Below are positions 1 through 7,732 of a DNA stretch of 64,000 bases, piece after piece; the first letter of the stretch is position 1; every line of letters begins with the position of its first letter. Source of the stretch: Gemmatimonadales bacterium. Its GTDB lineage: Bacteria > Gemmatimonadota > Gemmatimonadetes > Gemmatimonadales > GWC2-71-9. Below the pieces are notes generated by a model. That model worked only from the letters and a program-made list of their open reading frames with translations. It made no database searches and had not been told where the DNA came from. The stretch spans positions 1 through 64,000 of the forward strand of contig JBFGJG010000001.1 in NCBI GenBank assembly GCA_041577295.1, given 5' to 3'. The position numbers were made by a program, and so were the translations under genes.

Positions 1-2334
1 GTGCCAGCAGGCGCTCAGATCGTGGTCGTGCGCTGGCTGGGGTACAGGCCGCGGGAAGTGCCGGTGAGCATAGTGGCCGACCAGACCGTCACGGTCGATG
101 TCGCGATGGAATCACAGCCCGTGTCGCTCGCCGAGATTGTCGTCGAGGGCGTGTCGCGAACTCCGGAGCGCGTGGTCGAGGCCCCGGCGGCCGTTGCGGT
201 GGTGAGCCCAGAGGTCGCGCGGGATCTCTCCTCGACAGGTCAAGCCCCGAAGGCGGTGGCAAACCTTCCCGGGGCGGACGTCACCCAGAGCGGCGTCAAC
301 GACTTCAACGTGAACGCGCGCGGGTTCAATTCGACACTGAACCGGCGCGTCCTCGTCTTGCAGGATGGGCGCGACCTGGCGTTGGCGTTTCTCGGATCCC
401 AGGAGTGGTCCGCACTCACGCTGCCGCTCGAGGACATCGGGCGCATTGAGATGGTGCGCGGGCCGGGTTCTGCCCTCTACGGGGCCAACGCGTTTAGCGG
501 CGTGCTCAACATCACGACCCCCGCGGCGCGTGAGGTCGTTGGCACCAAGCTGAGCCTTGCAGGCGGGGAGCTGTCCACGTTCAAGGGTGATCTCGCCCAC
601 GCGGGTGTCACCTCCGACGGCCGATTTGGCTATCGGTTGAACGCCGGCTACTACCGGAGCGACAGCTGGAGTCGATCCAGAACCAATCTGGGCGACCTGC
701 GCCGAGAGTACGCGGAGGCCGTCGATACGAGTGAAACGCCCGTGAACGCACCGACCCCAGGGTTCGAGCTGGTGCCGCTAGCGGGCCAGACGAAATCGGG
801 GACACCGGGGCTCCCCGGGGCTGCGACCGGTGACCCCGATCCACTTCAGAACGTCTACGGATCCGGACGGTTCGATTACTACGCGGACAACGGGGCGGCC
901 TTTACCGTCGAGGGTGGTGCGGCCCGGACCGAGAACGAGGTCTTCGTGACCGGCATCGGCCGGGTACAAGTGAACAAGGCTCTCCGTCCGTGGGCGCGCG
1001 CCACCTGGGCGGCACCGCAGTACAACATCATGGCGTGGTGGTCAGGTCGAAACACGCTCGATCCGCAGGTGGCGTTGGCCTCCGGCGCTCCGCTGGAAGA
1101 AACGTCCCATATCGTGCACGGTGAGGTCCAGTTCAACGAGCGCTTTGCGCAAGATCGCCTCAAGCTGGTCGTGGGCGCCTCGGCGCGCACGTACCTGGTC
1201 GATACCGAGGGCACGTTGATGCGGCTCGCGGATGACGATCGGAGTGATGAGTATTACTCGGGTTACGCACAGCTCGAGTACGAGATCACGCCGCAGGTGC
1301 GGATCGTTGGCGCCGCAAGAATCGACGAGAGCAATCTGTACGATCTGGAATTCTCGCCAAAAGGGGCAATCGTCATCAGCCCGACGCCAGATCACTCCTT
1401 CCGGGTCACCATCAATCGAGCCTTTCAGACCCCCAACTACAGCGAATTCTTTCTCAATGCCCCGGCGGGTCCTCCGGCAGACTTTAGTCTGCTCGAGGCT
1501 GGTTTGCGGGCTTCGCCGTTGGGGCCGGTGTTGGCAGGCGTGCCGCAAGGAGAGCTGTTCGACAACTCGGCTGCCGTGCCAGTCCGCGCACGCGGTAATG
1601 CCGACCTCGAAGTGGAGCACGTCACGAGCCTCGAGGTGGGATACAAGGGACAGCCGGACCCGCGCCTCTTCATTGCCGTGGACGGCTACTGGAGTCGGCT
1701 GACGAATTTTGTGACGGATCTGCTGCCGGGAATCAATCCCGCGTTCCCGGCATGGACCTCTCCTGAGCAAGTACCCGAGCAGTTCCGGGACGCGCTCGAG
1801 GGTGCGGTGCGGCAAACGCTGCTGGATTTCGGTCAGCCTATTGCCGCGCTGGGTCTCACCCGCCTCGAGAACGGTCAAACAGCGATCGTGGTGTCATACG
1901 GCAACGCCGGACAGGTGGACGAGTACGGCGTGGAGTTCAGCTTCGGTGTGTGGGCAACACGCGAGCTGCGCTTCGACGCGAACTATACCCTCTTCGAGTT
2001 CGATGTCGACGAGGCGTCCGTGGCTCAGGGTGACGAACTGCTGCCGAACACGCCCAAGCACCGGGTGAACTTGGCGGTGGGATACCAGGGCCGTCAGGGA
2101 TTCGATTTCCGAGTCGCCGCGCAATTCGTGGACGGCTACGATTGGGCGGCCGGCGTCTTCCAGGGGCCCATTCCATCTCGACAGGTCATTGATCTAAGCG
2201 TCGGTTACCAGATCAATCCGTATGTTCGGATCCACGCCTTGGCCACGAATCTGCTCGACCAGGAGCGCTATCAGATCTTTGGCGGCTCGCTGGTGGGCCG
2301 ACGGATCCTGGGCGGGATCACGGCGACGTACTGA
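1..2334 (+). CDS. TonB-dependent receptor (5'-truncated at window edge)
   Basis: Plug motifs (NARGFNSTLNRRVLVLQDGR; IGRIEMVRGPGSALYGANAFSGVLNI), amphipathic barrel strands, C-terminal NLLD...GRRILGGITATY ending in an aromatic residue. Confidence 0.93.
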   Translation: MPAGAQIVVVRWLGYRPREVPVSIVADQTVTVDVAMESQPVSLAEIVVEGVSRTPERVVEAPAAVAVVSPEVARDLSSTGQAPKAVANLPGADVTQSGVNDFNVNARGFNSTLNRRVLVLQDGRDLALAFLGSQEWSALTLPLEDIGRIEMVRGPGSALYGANAFSGVLNITTPAAREVVGTKLSLAGGELSTFKGDLAHAGVTSDGRFGYRLNAGYYRSDSWSRSRTNLGDLRREYAEAVDTSETPVNAPTPGFELVPLAGQTKSGTPGLPGAATGDPDPLQNVYGSGRFDYYADNGAAFTVEGGAARTENEVFVTGIGRVQVNKALRPWARATWAAPQYNIMAWWSGRNTLDPQVALASGAPLEETSHIVHGEVQFNERFAQDRLKLVVGASARTYLVDTEGTLMRLADDDRSDEYYSGYAQLEYEITPQVRIVGAARIDESNLYDLEFSPKGAIVISPTPDHSFRVTINRAFQTPNYSEFFLNAPAGPPADFSLLEAGLRASPLGPVLAGVPQGELFDNSAAVPVRARGNADLEVEHVTSLEVGYKGQPDPRLFIAVDGYWSRLTNFVTDLLPGINPAFPAWTSPEQVPEQFRDALEGAVRQTLLDFGQPIAALGLTRLENGQTAIVVSYGNAGQVDEYGVEFSFGVWATRELRFDANYTLFEFDVDEASVAQGDELLPNTPKHRVNLAVGYQGRQGFDFRVAAQFVDGYDWAAGVFQGPIPSRQVIDLSVGYQINPYVRIHALATNLLDQERYQIFGGSLVGRRILGGITATY

Positions 2335-2340
2335 CGGGGG

Positions 2341-2385
2341 ATAGGGAGTGGGGAGTGGGGATAGGCCCCGCTCCCCGCCCCGCCC
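2341..2385. repeat. Short G-rich 7-mer repeats forming a hairpin (STRR-like)
   Basis: ggggagtgggg (2350-2360) / ccccgctcccc (2366-2376) inverted pair; repeated gggagtg/gggatag units. Confidence 0.5.
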
Positions 2386-2403
2386 TCGACCTCCGCTTCA
2401 CCG

Positions 2404-3186
2404 ATGTCCTTGATAGCCCTACTGGGGATCGCGCTCCTCACCGCAGCCGCACTCATGGTCGGCGTCTGGGTGGGAAGTCTCGCCGTGCGGGATGCAAGCA
2501 TCGTTGACCGATTCTGGGGCCTGGGGTTCGTGCTGGTCGCTGCCGTGGCGTTTGTCGTCACCGATTCGGCAAGCGTTCGAAAAACCTTGGTGCTGGCACT
2601 CGTGACGCTGTGGGGAGTGCGGCTATCGGTGTACATCACGTGGCGGAACTGGGGAGAGGGTGAGGACTACCGGTATCGCGAAATGAGGGAGAAGCGCGGC
2701 CGCCTTTTCCCGCTGGTAAGTCTGGTGACCGTCTTCCTGCTGCAGGCGTTGCTGCTGTGGCTCGTGGTTGCACCGGTCGTGTACGCGCAGTGGTCAGCCG
2801 GACCAGCAGCGTTAGGGTGGTTGGATGTCCTGGGGGTCGTGCTCTTCGGCACTGGGTTCTTCTTCGAGACCGTGGGTGATTGGCAGATGGCGCGGTTCAA
2901 GGCCGACCCCGCCAACAAAGGCAAGGTGCTGGACACGGGTCTCTGGCGCTACACGCGGCATCCGAATTACTTCGGTGATGCAGTAATCTGGTGGGCGTTT
3001 TTCGCATTCGCCGTCGCCGCTGGTGGATGGTGGACCTTCTACGGCCCCCTCCTCATGACGTTCCTGCTGATGAAGGTTTCGGGAGTTGCCCTGCTCGAGA
3101 AGAACCTCGAAAAGACCAAGCCGCAGTACCGCGAATATGTCGAGCGCACCTCCTCGTTCTTCCCCTGGCCTCCCAGTAAGGCGTGA
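2404..3186 (+). CDS. DUF1295 family membrane protein (steroid 5-alpha-reductase/ICMT-like)
   Basis: Multiple TM helices; motifs SIVDRFWG, GEDYRY, FETVGDWQ..RFK, GLWRYTRHPNYFG. Confidence 0.9.
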   Translation: MSLIALLGIALLTAAALMVGVWVGSLAVRDASIVDRFWGLGFVLVAAVAFVVTDSASVRKTLVLALVTLWGVRLSVYITWRNWGEGEDYRYREMREKRGRLFPLVSLVTVFLLQALLLWLVVAPVVYAQWSAGPAALGWLDVLGVVLFGTGFFFETVGDWQMARFKADPANKGKVLDTGLWRYTRHPNYFGDAVIWWAFFAFAVAAGGWWTFYGPLLMTFLLMKVSGVALLEKNLEKTKPQYREYVERTSSFFPWPPSKA

Positions 3187-3237
3187 GCGACTGGCGAGGA
3201 TGACGCGGAGCATCTAGCTTCGAAAACGGTTTGCACG

Positions 3238-3669
3238 TTGGAGGTCCCTTTCATGGGCGCTGGCGGGATCCCTCGAGTCCGGTTCGAGGGAGTGGATTAC
3301 GAAGAGCTGGTCAATCAGCGTTTCCGGGCTCGGGTCGATATGGCCTGGCGAGGTGAGTCCTACGTCGGGATGGCGGAGCGTGACGCGGGCGGCCTCGGCC
3401 CGCTCCAGTGCGCTGCCGAGGCGACCTGCGACGCGTTGCAACGAGTTATCTCGGGTGCTGCATCCTTCGAGGTGCTGGACATCGAGACCGTGAAGGTGAT
3501 GGACACCGAGGCCGTGGTGGTGGCGCTCGCCGTACATCCGGTCACGGACGCGGTGAAGTATTCTGTTGGGTTCTGTCTCATCAAAGACGACGACGGGCCC
3601 GGCGCTGCAGTCAAGTCCGTGCTCAACGGCACCAATCGTATTTTGGCGCGGCTGCTTCCCGGCGCCTAG
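3238..3669 (+). CDS. Hypothetical protein resembling a stand-alone LeuA allosteric/dimerisation-type domain (start may be 3253)
   Basis: 143-aa ORF in the same orientation as its neighbours; pattern GLGPL..AAEATCDAL ... D.PGAAVKSVLNGTNR. Confidence 0.7.
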   Translation: MEVPFMGAGGIPRVRFEGVDYEELVNQRFRARVDMAWRGESYVGMAERDAGGLGPLQCAAEATCDALQRVISGAASFEVLDIETVKVMDTEAVVVALAVHPVTDAVKYSVGFCLIKDDDGPGAAVKSVLNGTNRILARLLPGA

Positions 3670-3862
3670 CCAGCCGGCGCGCGATGCGACACAGGCATCT
3701 GACGGCCTGCTGTAGCTCTGAGCACACCGCAGCAGGCGTCAGTGAGCGGCGGCTTCGCTTAGGATCCACACCACCTAAAACGCGAACTTGAGCCTGCGGA
3801 GGCGCGCTCAGAGCTGCAAGTGCCGAGCGGCGGCGCGGTCGGAACCAAGGTTACGGGAAGAG

Positions 3863-3936
3863 CGCCCCCGGGAGGACTCGAACCTCCAACCCCAGGATTA
3901 GAAGTCCTGTGCTCTATCCCGTTGAGCTACGGGGGC
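3863..3936 (-). tRNA. tRNA-Arg (anticodon TCT)
   Basis: Reverse complement GCCCCCGTAGCTCAACGGGATAGAGCACAGGACTTCTAATCCTGGGGTTGGAGGTTCGAGTCCTCCCGGGGGCG folds as a cloverleaf; CCA not encoded. Confidence 0.97.
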
Positions 3937-3990
3937 GAGAGAAGTGGCGATTCAAACCTAATCAAATGCAGCGGTGAGGAGGGAGTGTCC

Positions 3991-6114
3991 TCATTGCTCC
4001 CGATACGCCTCCCGACGCCGATACATCGCTTCGAGCTCCCGCATCTCCTGCACGAGTTCCGTGTCGCCCGCCGCAGTGGCGAGCGCAATGGCGTTTTCGA
4101 TGGTAAGCACCGCCTGCTCGAAGGCGCCTGCGGCCGCATAAGCCGCCGCAAGGGTGTTGAGAAGCTCGGGATCTTCGCCGCCGAGGGAGATTGCGCGCTC
4201 CGCAATCCATCTGGCCTCTGCTGGGTCTCGAATGCTGTTGTCCGGATGCGTGGCCAAGACCCACGCGAGCGTGGCCAGCGGCACCGTCCAGCGTGGGCGG
4301 TAACGGGCCGCCTGGCGGAGATGGCCGATTCCCTCTGCGGTACGTCCGACCAAAAGCAACGCCACGCCAAGGTTGTTGTGGGCGTCAGCGTAGGAGGAGT
4401 CCAATGACAACGCTGTGCGATAGTGGTGCAATGCGTCTTCGAGCTGGCCGAGGGTCTGCAGTGCCATGCCGAGGTTGTTGTGGGCCGAGGCGTGGGTGGG
4501 GATCAACCGCAGGGCTTCCCTGTAATGCACAATGGCATCGTTCAGTTCACCACGCGACTGCAGTGCGGAGCCTAGGTTGTAATGCGCGTTGCCGTCAGCC
4601 GGGTTCGTTTTCAACTGGAGGCGATAATGCGTGATAGCCGGCTCGATCTCTCCGAGCATCATGAGCGTGTTGGCAATGTCACCATGAGCGGTTGGGTGCG
4701 CCGGATCAACTGCGAGATTCTGCTCGAATCCGTCGATGCGCCGGCGAAGGGTCTTGCGCGTGAAGTCGCGTTGGAGGATGACCAGGTCCCGGGCGCCACC
4801 GGGTAGGACTTGAATCCACAGATCACCCATCTCATCCACGGAGTGCGGGCCGTATAGCACCCGCTTTGGAGGTTGGTGCGGGTTTCGCGGATTCGCGGAC
4901 GAGTTGTCGTAGGTGTAACGCATCACCAGTGTGGTGCCGCGAGTGAGTGGAACGGGATCGACGAAGCGATAGACGTCCTGCCAGTTGAAATCCCACTCTG
5001 GGATGTGCAAGAGGAGCTGCTCGGTGCCGTCCGGTCGGATCGCTACGGCTTTGATGTCGCGGGCAAGGTAGTGCGCATGCGGGTAAAGGCCGAGCACCTC
5101 GACGTCGATCGGCAATACGTATTCATCCGTCACGAGATGGTCAGTCACGCCGGCCGGAATATCGATGGTCTCCGAACCCAACTTCAGGACGGTTGCCTGC
5201 CGTGTCGGCGCGCGGTCGGCAAAGTAGAGACCGACGCGAGCGGAGATCTCTTCCTGTTGGTCCGTGGGCCGCAAGTGGAACTGGAGCACGATGTCGTCCC
5301 CCTGGTCGAGCCGCCACGCCAGGCCGTGCCGTCCGCGAAACGGCAGTCGCCCCGGGGTCCAGCCGAGGAAGAACCCCTCGGGCATGGTGGCATTACCAAT
5401 CGATGCCATGCTCTCAAACCCGGGCTCGGGATCCGCCTCATCCAGCTGGCGAGCGGCAGCCGTGCGATCGACCATGATCATTGCGTGATGGAGCACTCGG
5501 TGGTTCGTGGGTTTGAGCTCGGCCGCTTCGATGTACCGCGTGCGGCCAATCGAGCTCGGGATCACGAAGTTGCGAAAGACCTCCTGGCCCCCAGGTGGTA
5601 CGACAAATGGCTTCTCCATCGTGAGGATGAGGTCCGGAGGCCCCAGCTGCCAGCCGTCCGCAGCTGCGGGGACCGCAGGTAGTTCCCTCGGGTCACCCTC
5701 CGCCATTCCCTCACGCACCCACCGCCCGATGGTGGCGATTTGTTCTTCGGTCAGCCCCCTCTCTCCCAAGAGACGGGGTCCCCCCTTCGGCAACCACGGC
5801 GGCATGCGCCGCTCAGCAGTTGCGGCGGCGATCGCGGGTCCCCATTGACGAGCGTCTTCGTACGCCAAAACCGAGAATGGCGCAGCTCCGCCTCGTCGAT
5901 GACAATCAGCGCAATGGCGGTAGAGGATGGGGGCGACGTGCTTGGTATATGTCAGCGTATCGGCAGAGACGGGTGCGAGAGACCGCATTGGCGGCAGGAG
6001 CGGTAGAAGAGGCAGAACTGCCACTGGCAGAGGAGGCAGGAGAAGCAGGAGAGCGAAACGCTTCCCGCGTACACGAGGAGAATCGGCGTTTGGTCCTTTG
6101 GCTTGAGAGGTCAT
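3991..6114 (-). CDS. Cytochrome c domain + copper type II (PHM/DBH-like) monooxygenase + TPR protein
   Basis: CADCH haem motif with MPPW; VLHHAMI, LQFH, LYPHAHYL and DEMG copper-ligand pattern; several TPRs (AHYNLGSALQ, AHNNLGMALQ, AHNNLGVAL); start uncertain. Confidence 0.85.
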   Translation of the reverse strand: MTSQAKGPNADSPRVRGKRFALLLLLPPLPVAVLPLLPLLPPMRSLAPVSADTLTYTKHVAPILYRHCADCHRRGGAAPFSVLAYEDARQWGPAIAAATAERRMPPWLPKGGPRLLGERGLTEEQIATIGRWVREGMAEGDPRELPAVPAAADGWQLGPPDLILTMEKPFVVPPGGQEVFRNFVIPSSIGRTRYIEAAELKPTNHRVLHHAMIMVDRTAAARQLDEADPEPGFESMASIGNATMPEGFFLGWTPGRLPFRGRHGLAWRLDQGDDIVLQFHLRPTDQQEEISARVGLYFADRAPTRQATVLKLGSETIDIPAGVTDHLVTDEYVLPIDVEVLGLYPHAHYLARDIKAVAIRPDGTEQLLLHIPEWDFNWQDVYRFVDPVPLTRGTTLVMRYTYDNSSANPRNPHQPPKRVLYGPHSVDEMGDLWIQVLPGGARDLVILQRDFTRKTLRRRIDGFEQNLAVDPAHPTAHGDIANTLMMLGEIEPAITHYRLQLKTNPADGNAHYNLGSALQSRGELNDAIVHYREALRLIPTHASAHNNLGMALQTLGQLEDALHHYRTALSLDSSYADAHNNLGVALLLVGRTAEGIGHLRQAARYRPRWTVPLATLAWVLATHPDNSIRDPAEARWIAERAISLGGEDPELLNTLAAAYAAAGAFEQAVLTIENAIALATAAGDTELVQEMRELEAMYRRREAYREQ

Positions 6115-6153
6115 GATTCTGGTTCTCTCGTAACCGGCTGCGTTACGCTGGTT

Positions 6154-6171
6154 CCGGGCTTGAAAGCCCGG
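6154..6171. repeat. Short palindrome (REP-like) CCGGGCT-TGAA-AGCCCGG
   Basis: Perfect 7-bp inverted repeat in the intergenic region. Confidence 0.35.
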
Positions 6172-6273
6172 CTAAAGGTAATCCATAGAGCTCGGCGCCT
6201 CCTCTGCCTCTCCTGCCCCCCTGCCTCGACTGTCCTCCCCGCATCCGCGGCCAATCCGCCAACCCCGCCTACT

Positions 6274-6306
6274 AAAAGGAAAGAGAGGCGGCCGAAGCCG
6301 CCTCTC
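6274..6306 (-). terminator. Rho-independent terminator after susD-1
   Basis: Minus strand GAGAGGCGGC-TTCG-GCCGCCTCTC followed by TTTCCTTTT. Confidence 0.8.
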
Positions 6307-6339
6307 CCTTTACCGAACTGCCGTACCGTTAGCGACTAA

Positions 6340-7701
6340 CTAACACACCGGATTGGCGTTGCACTCGATGGACGTGATGGGCATGAAAACTCCAGGGCTC
6401 GTCAGTGCTTCCGAGCCTGGCTGCCACCGTGTGTCCGTCACGCCAAAGCGATACATGTCAGACAGCCGAATGCCGCCCAAATACAGGCTGGCGCTTCGGT
6501 GATGCCGAACCAAATCGGCCGCCGTCAACGGAGCGTGTACGACAGCGTCAAACGCTGTCAAATTGTTGAGCGCACGGAGCGTGTTGATGAAACCAATCGC
6601 GGCCGCGTTGTTCACGTCACCGCTCGAGGCGATAGCGTGTTCGGCGCGGATCAGCAACATCTCCTGCTCCGACGTGATACGCAGCGGGCTCTCCGAGCGA
6701 CAACACGTCACCTCGTCGAAGATGATCTGTCCGAGCTCTGGATCGGGAATTGCGTCGATCGGATCCATTAGCGCGACTGACACGACCACCTTGTCCGAGC
6801 CGTCCGGGACGCCGAACCGATCGTCCACGCGGTGCTCCAGACGCTCGTTGATCCAGGTTCCCATCGAGTTGGTCCTGGTGGCGGCGGCGTAGATGAAGAA
6901 GTAGATCCACTCCTGACCGCCCGTCATGGCCAACACGCTGGCCGCGTCCGCATCGGCGGCCGCACTGCTCACATACACCGGAGCGCCGCCGCCAAACGAG
7001 GGCTGCACGACGTTCCAGATGGCCTGCCGCTGCGCGGCGATCGCGCGTACTGCGAGGATCTGCCGCTCGACCGTGGCGTCACCCTCGGCGCGGGCGATGG
7101 TCAGTCCCTCAGTGAGATATCCGATAGCCGTTGCGTACAGCGAACCCATGTTGGCCTCGCCAACCGCGGGCCCCGCCTCTCGCTTACTCGACGAGATGAC
7201 GAAGTTATCCCACCGGTCCGCGATCGACATGTACAGCACTGCGCCGTACAGGTACGCGTTTGCCAGATTCATCGGATCGACGCTGATCTCGGTTTGTTGC
7301 AGGAACTCCCGCAAAAGGCGGATGCCTTCGTCCGCCAACCAGCGCGCTTCCCCGACCTCCGGGAATGCCGCATCGGTGAACTCGTTTGTGCGATCGGACA
7401 GGTCACCCGCTTCCAGCTGTTTCCAACTGTCGCGGGAGCCCACCCACTTGAGCTCGTCCGTCGCGGTGGCATACGGGAGGAGCGACTCCTCCCAGGCATC
7501 CTGCACCTCGGACAGAATACCGGCCGCAATGGCCGCCGCCGAGATGGGATTCTGGAAGTCCGTCTCGTTCACGTTGTTCGGGTTGCTCACGTCGATGAGC
7601 GAGTCGCAACCCGACAGGCCCACCGCGGTCAGCAGGGCGAACACGGGAATGACCCGTGTTCGCCAGCCAGCACCGCGGCGTAACGCTGAAGTCTTGGTCA
7701 T
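6340..7701 (-). CDS. RagB/SusD-family outer-membrane lipoprotein
   Basis: Lipobox LSGC, then DSLIDVSNPN; EMLLIRAE and LYLGGIRLSDMYRF, PITSIECNANP C-terminus; directly downstream of SusC; RBS AAGGAG. Confidence 0.88.
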   Translation of the reverse strand: MTKTSALRRGAGWRTRVIPVFALLTAVGLSGCDSLIDVSNPNNVNETDFQNPISAAAIAAGILSEVQDAWEESLLPYATATDELKWVGSRDSWKQLEAGDLSDRTNEFTDAAFPEVGEARWLADEGIRLLREFLQQTEISVDPMNLANAYLYGAVLYMSIADRWDNFVISSSKREAGPAVGEANMGSLYATAIGYLTEGLTIARAEGDATVERQILAVRAIAAQRQAIWNVVQPSFGGGAPVYVSSAAADADAASVLAMTGGQEWIYFFIYAAATRTNSMGTWINERLEHRVDDRFGVPDGSDKVVVSVALMDPIDAIPDPELGQIIFDEVTCCRSESPLRITSEQEMLLIRAEHAIASSGDVNNAAAIGFINTLRALNNLTAFDAVVHAPLTAADLVRHHRSASLYLGGIRLSDMYRFGVTDTRWQPGSEALTSPGVFMPITSIECNANPVC

Positions 7702-7732
7702 GACCAAATCTCCTTATCTCGCGGTGACTGGC

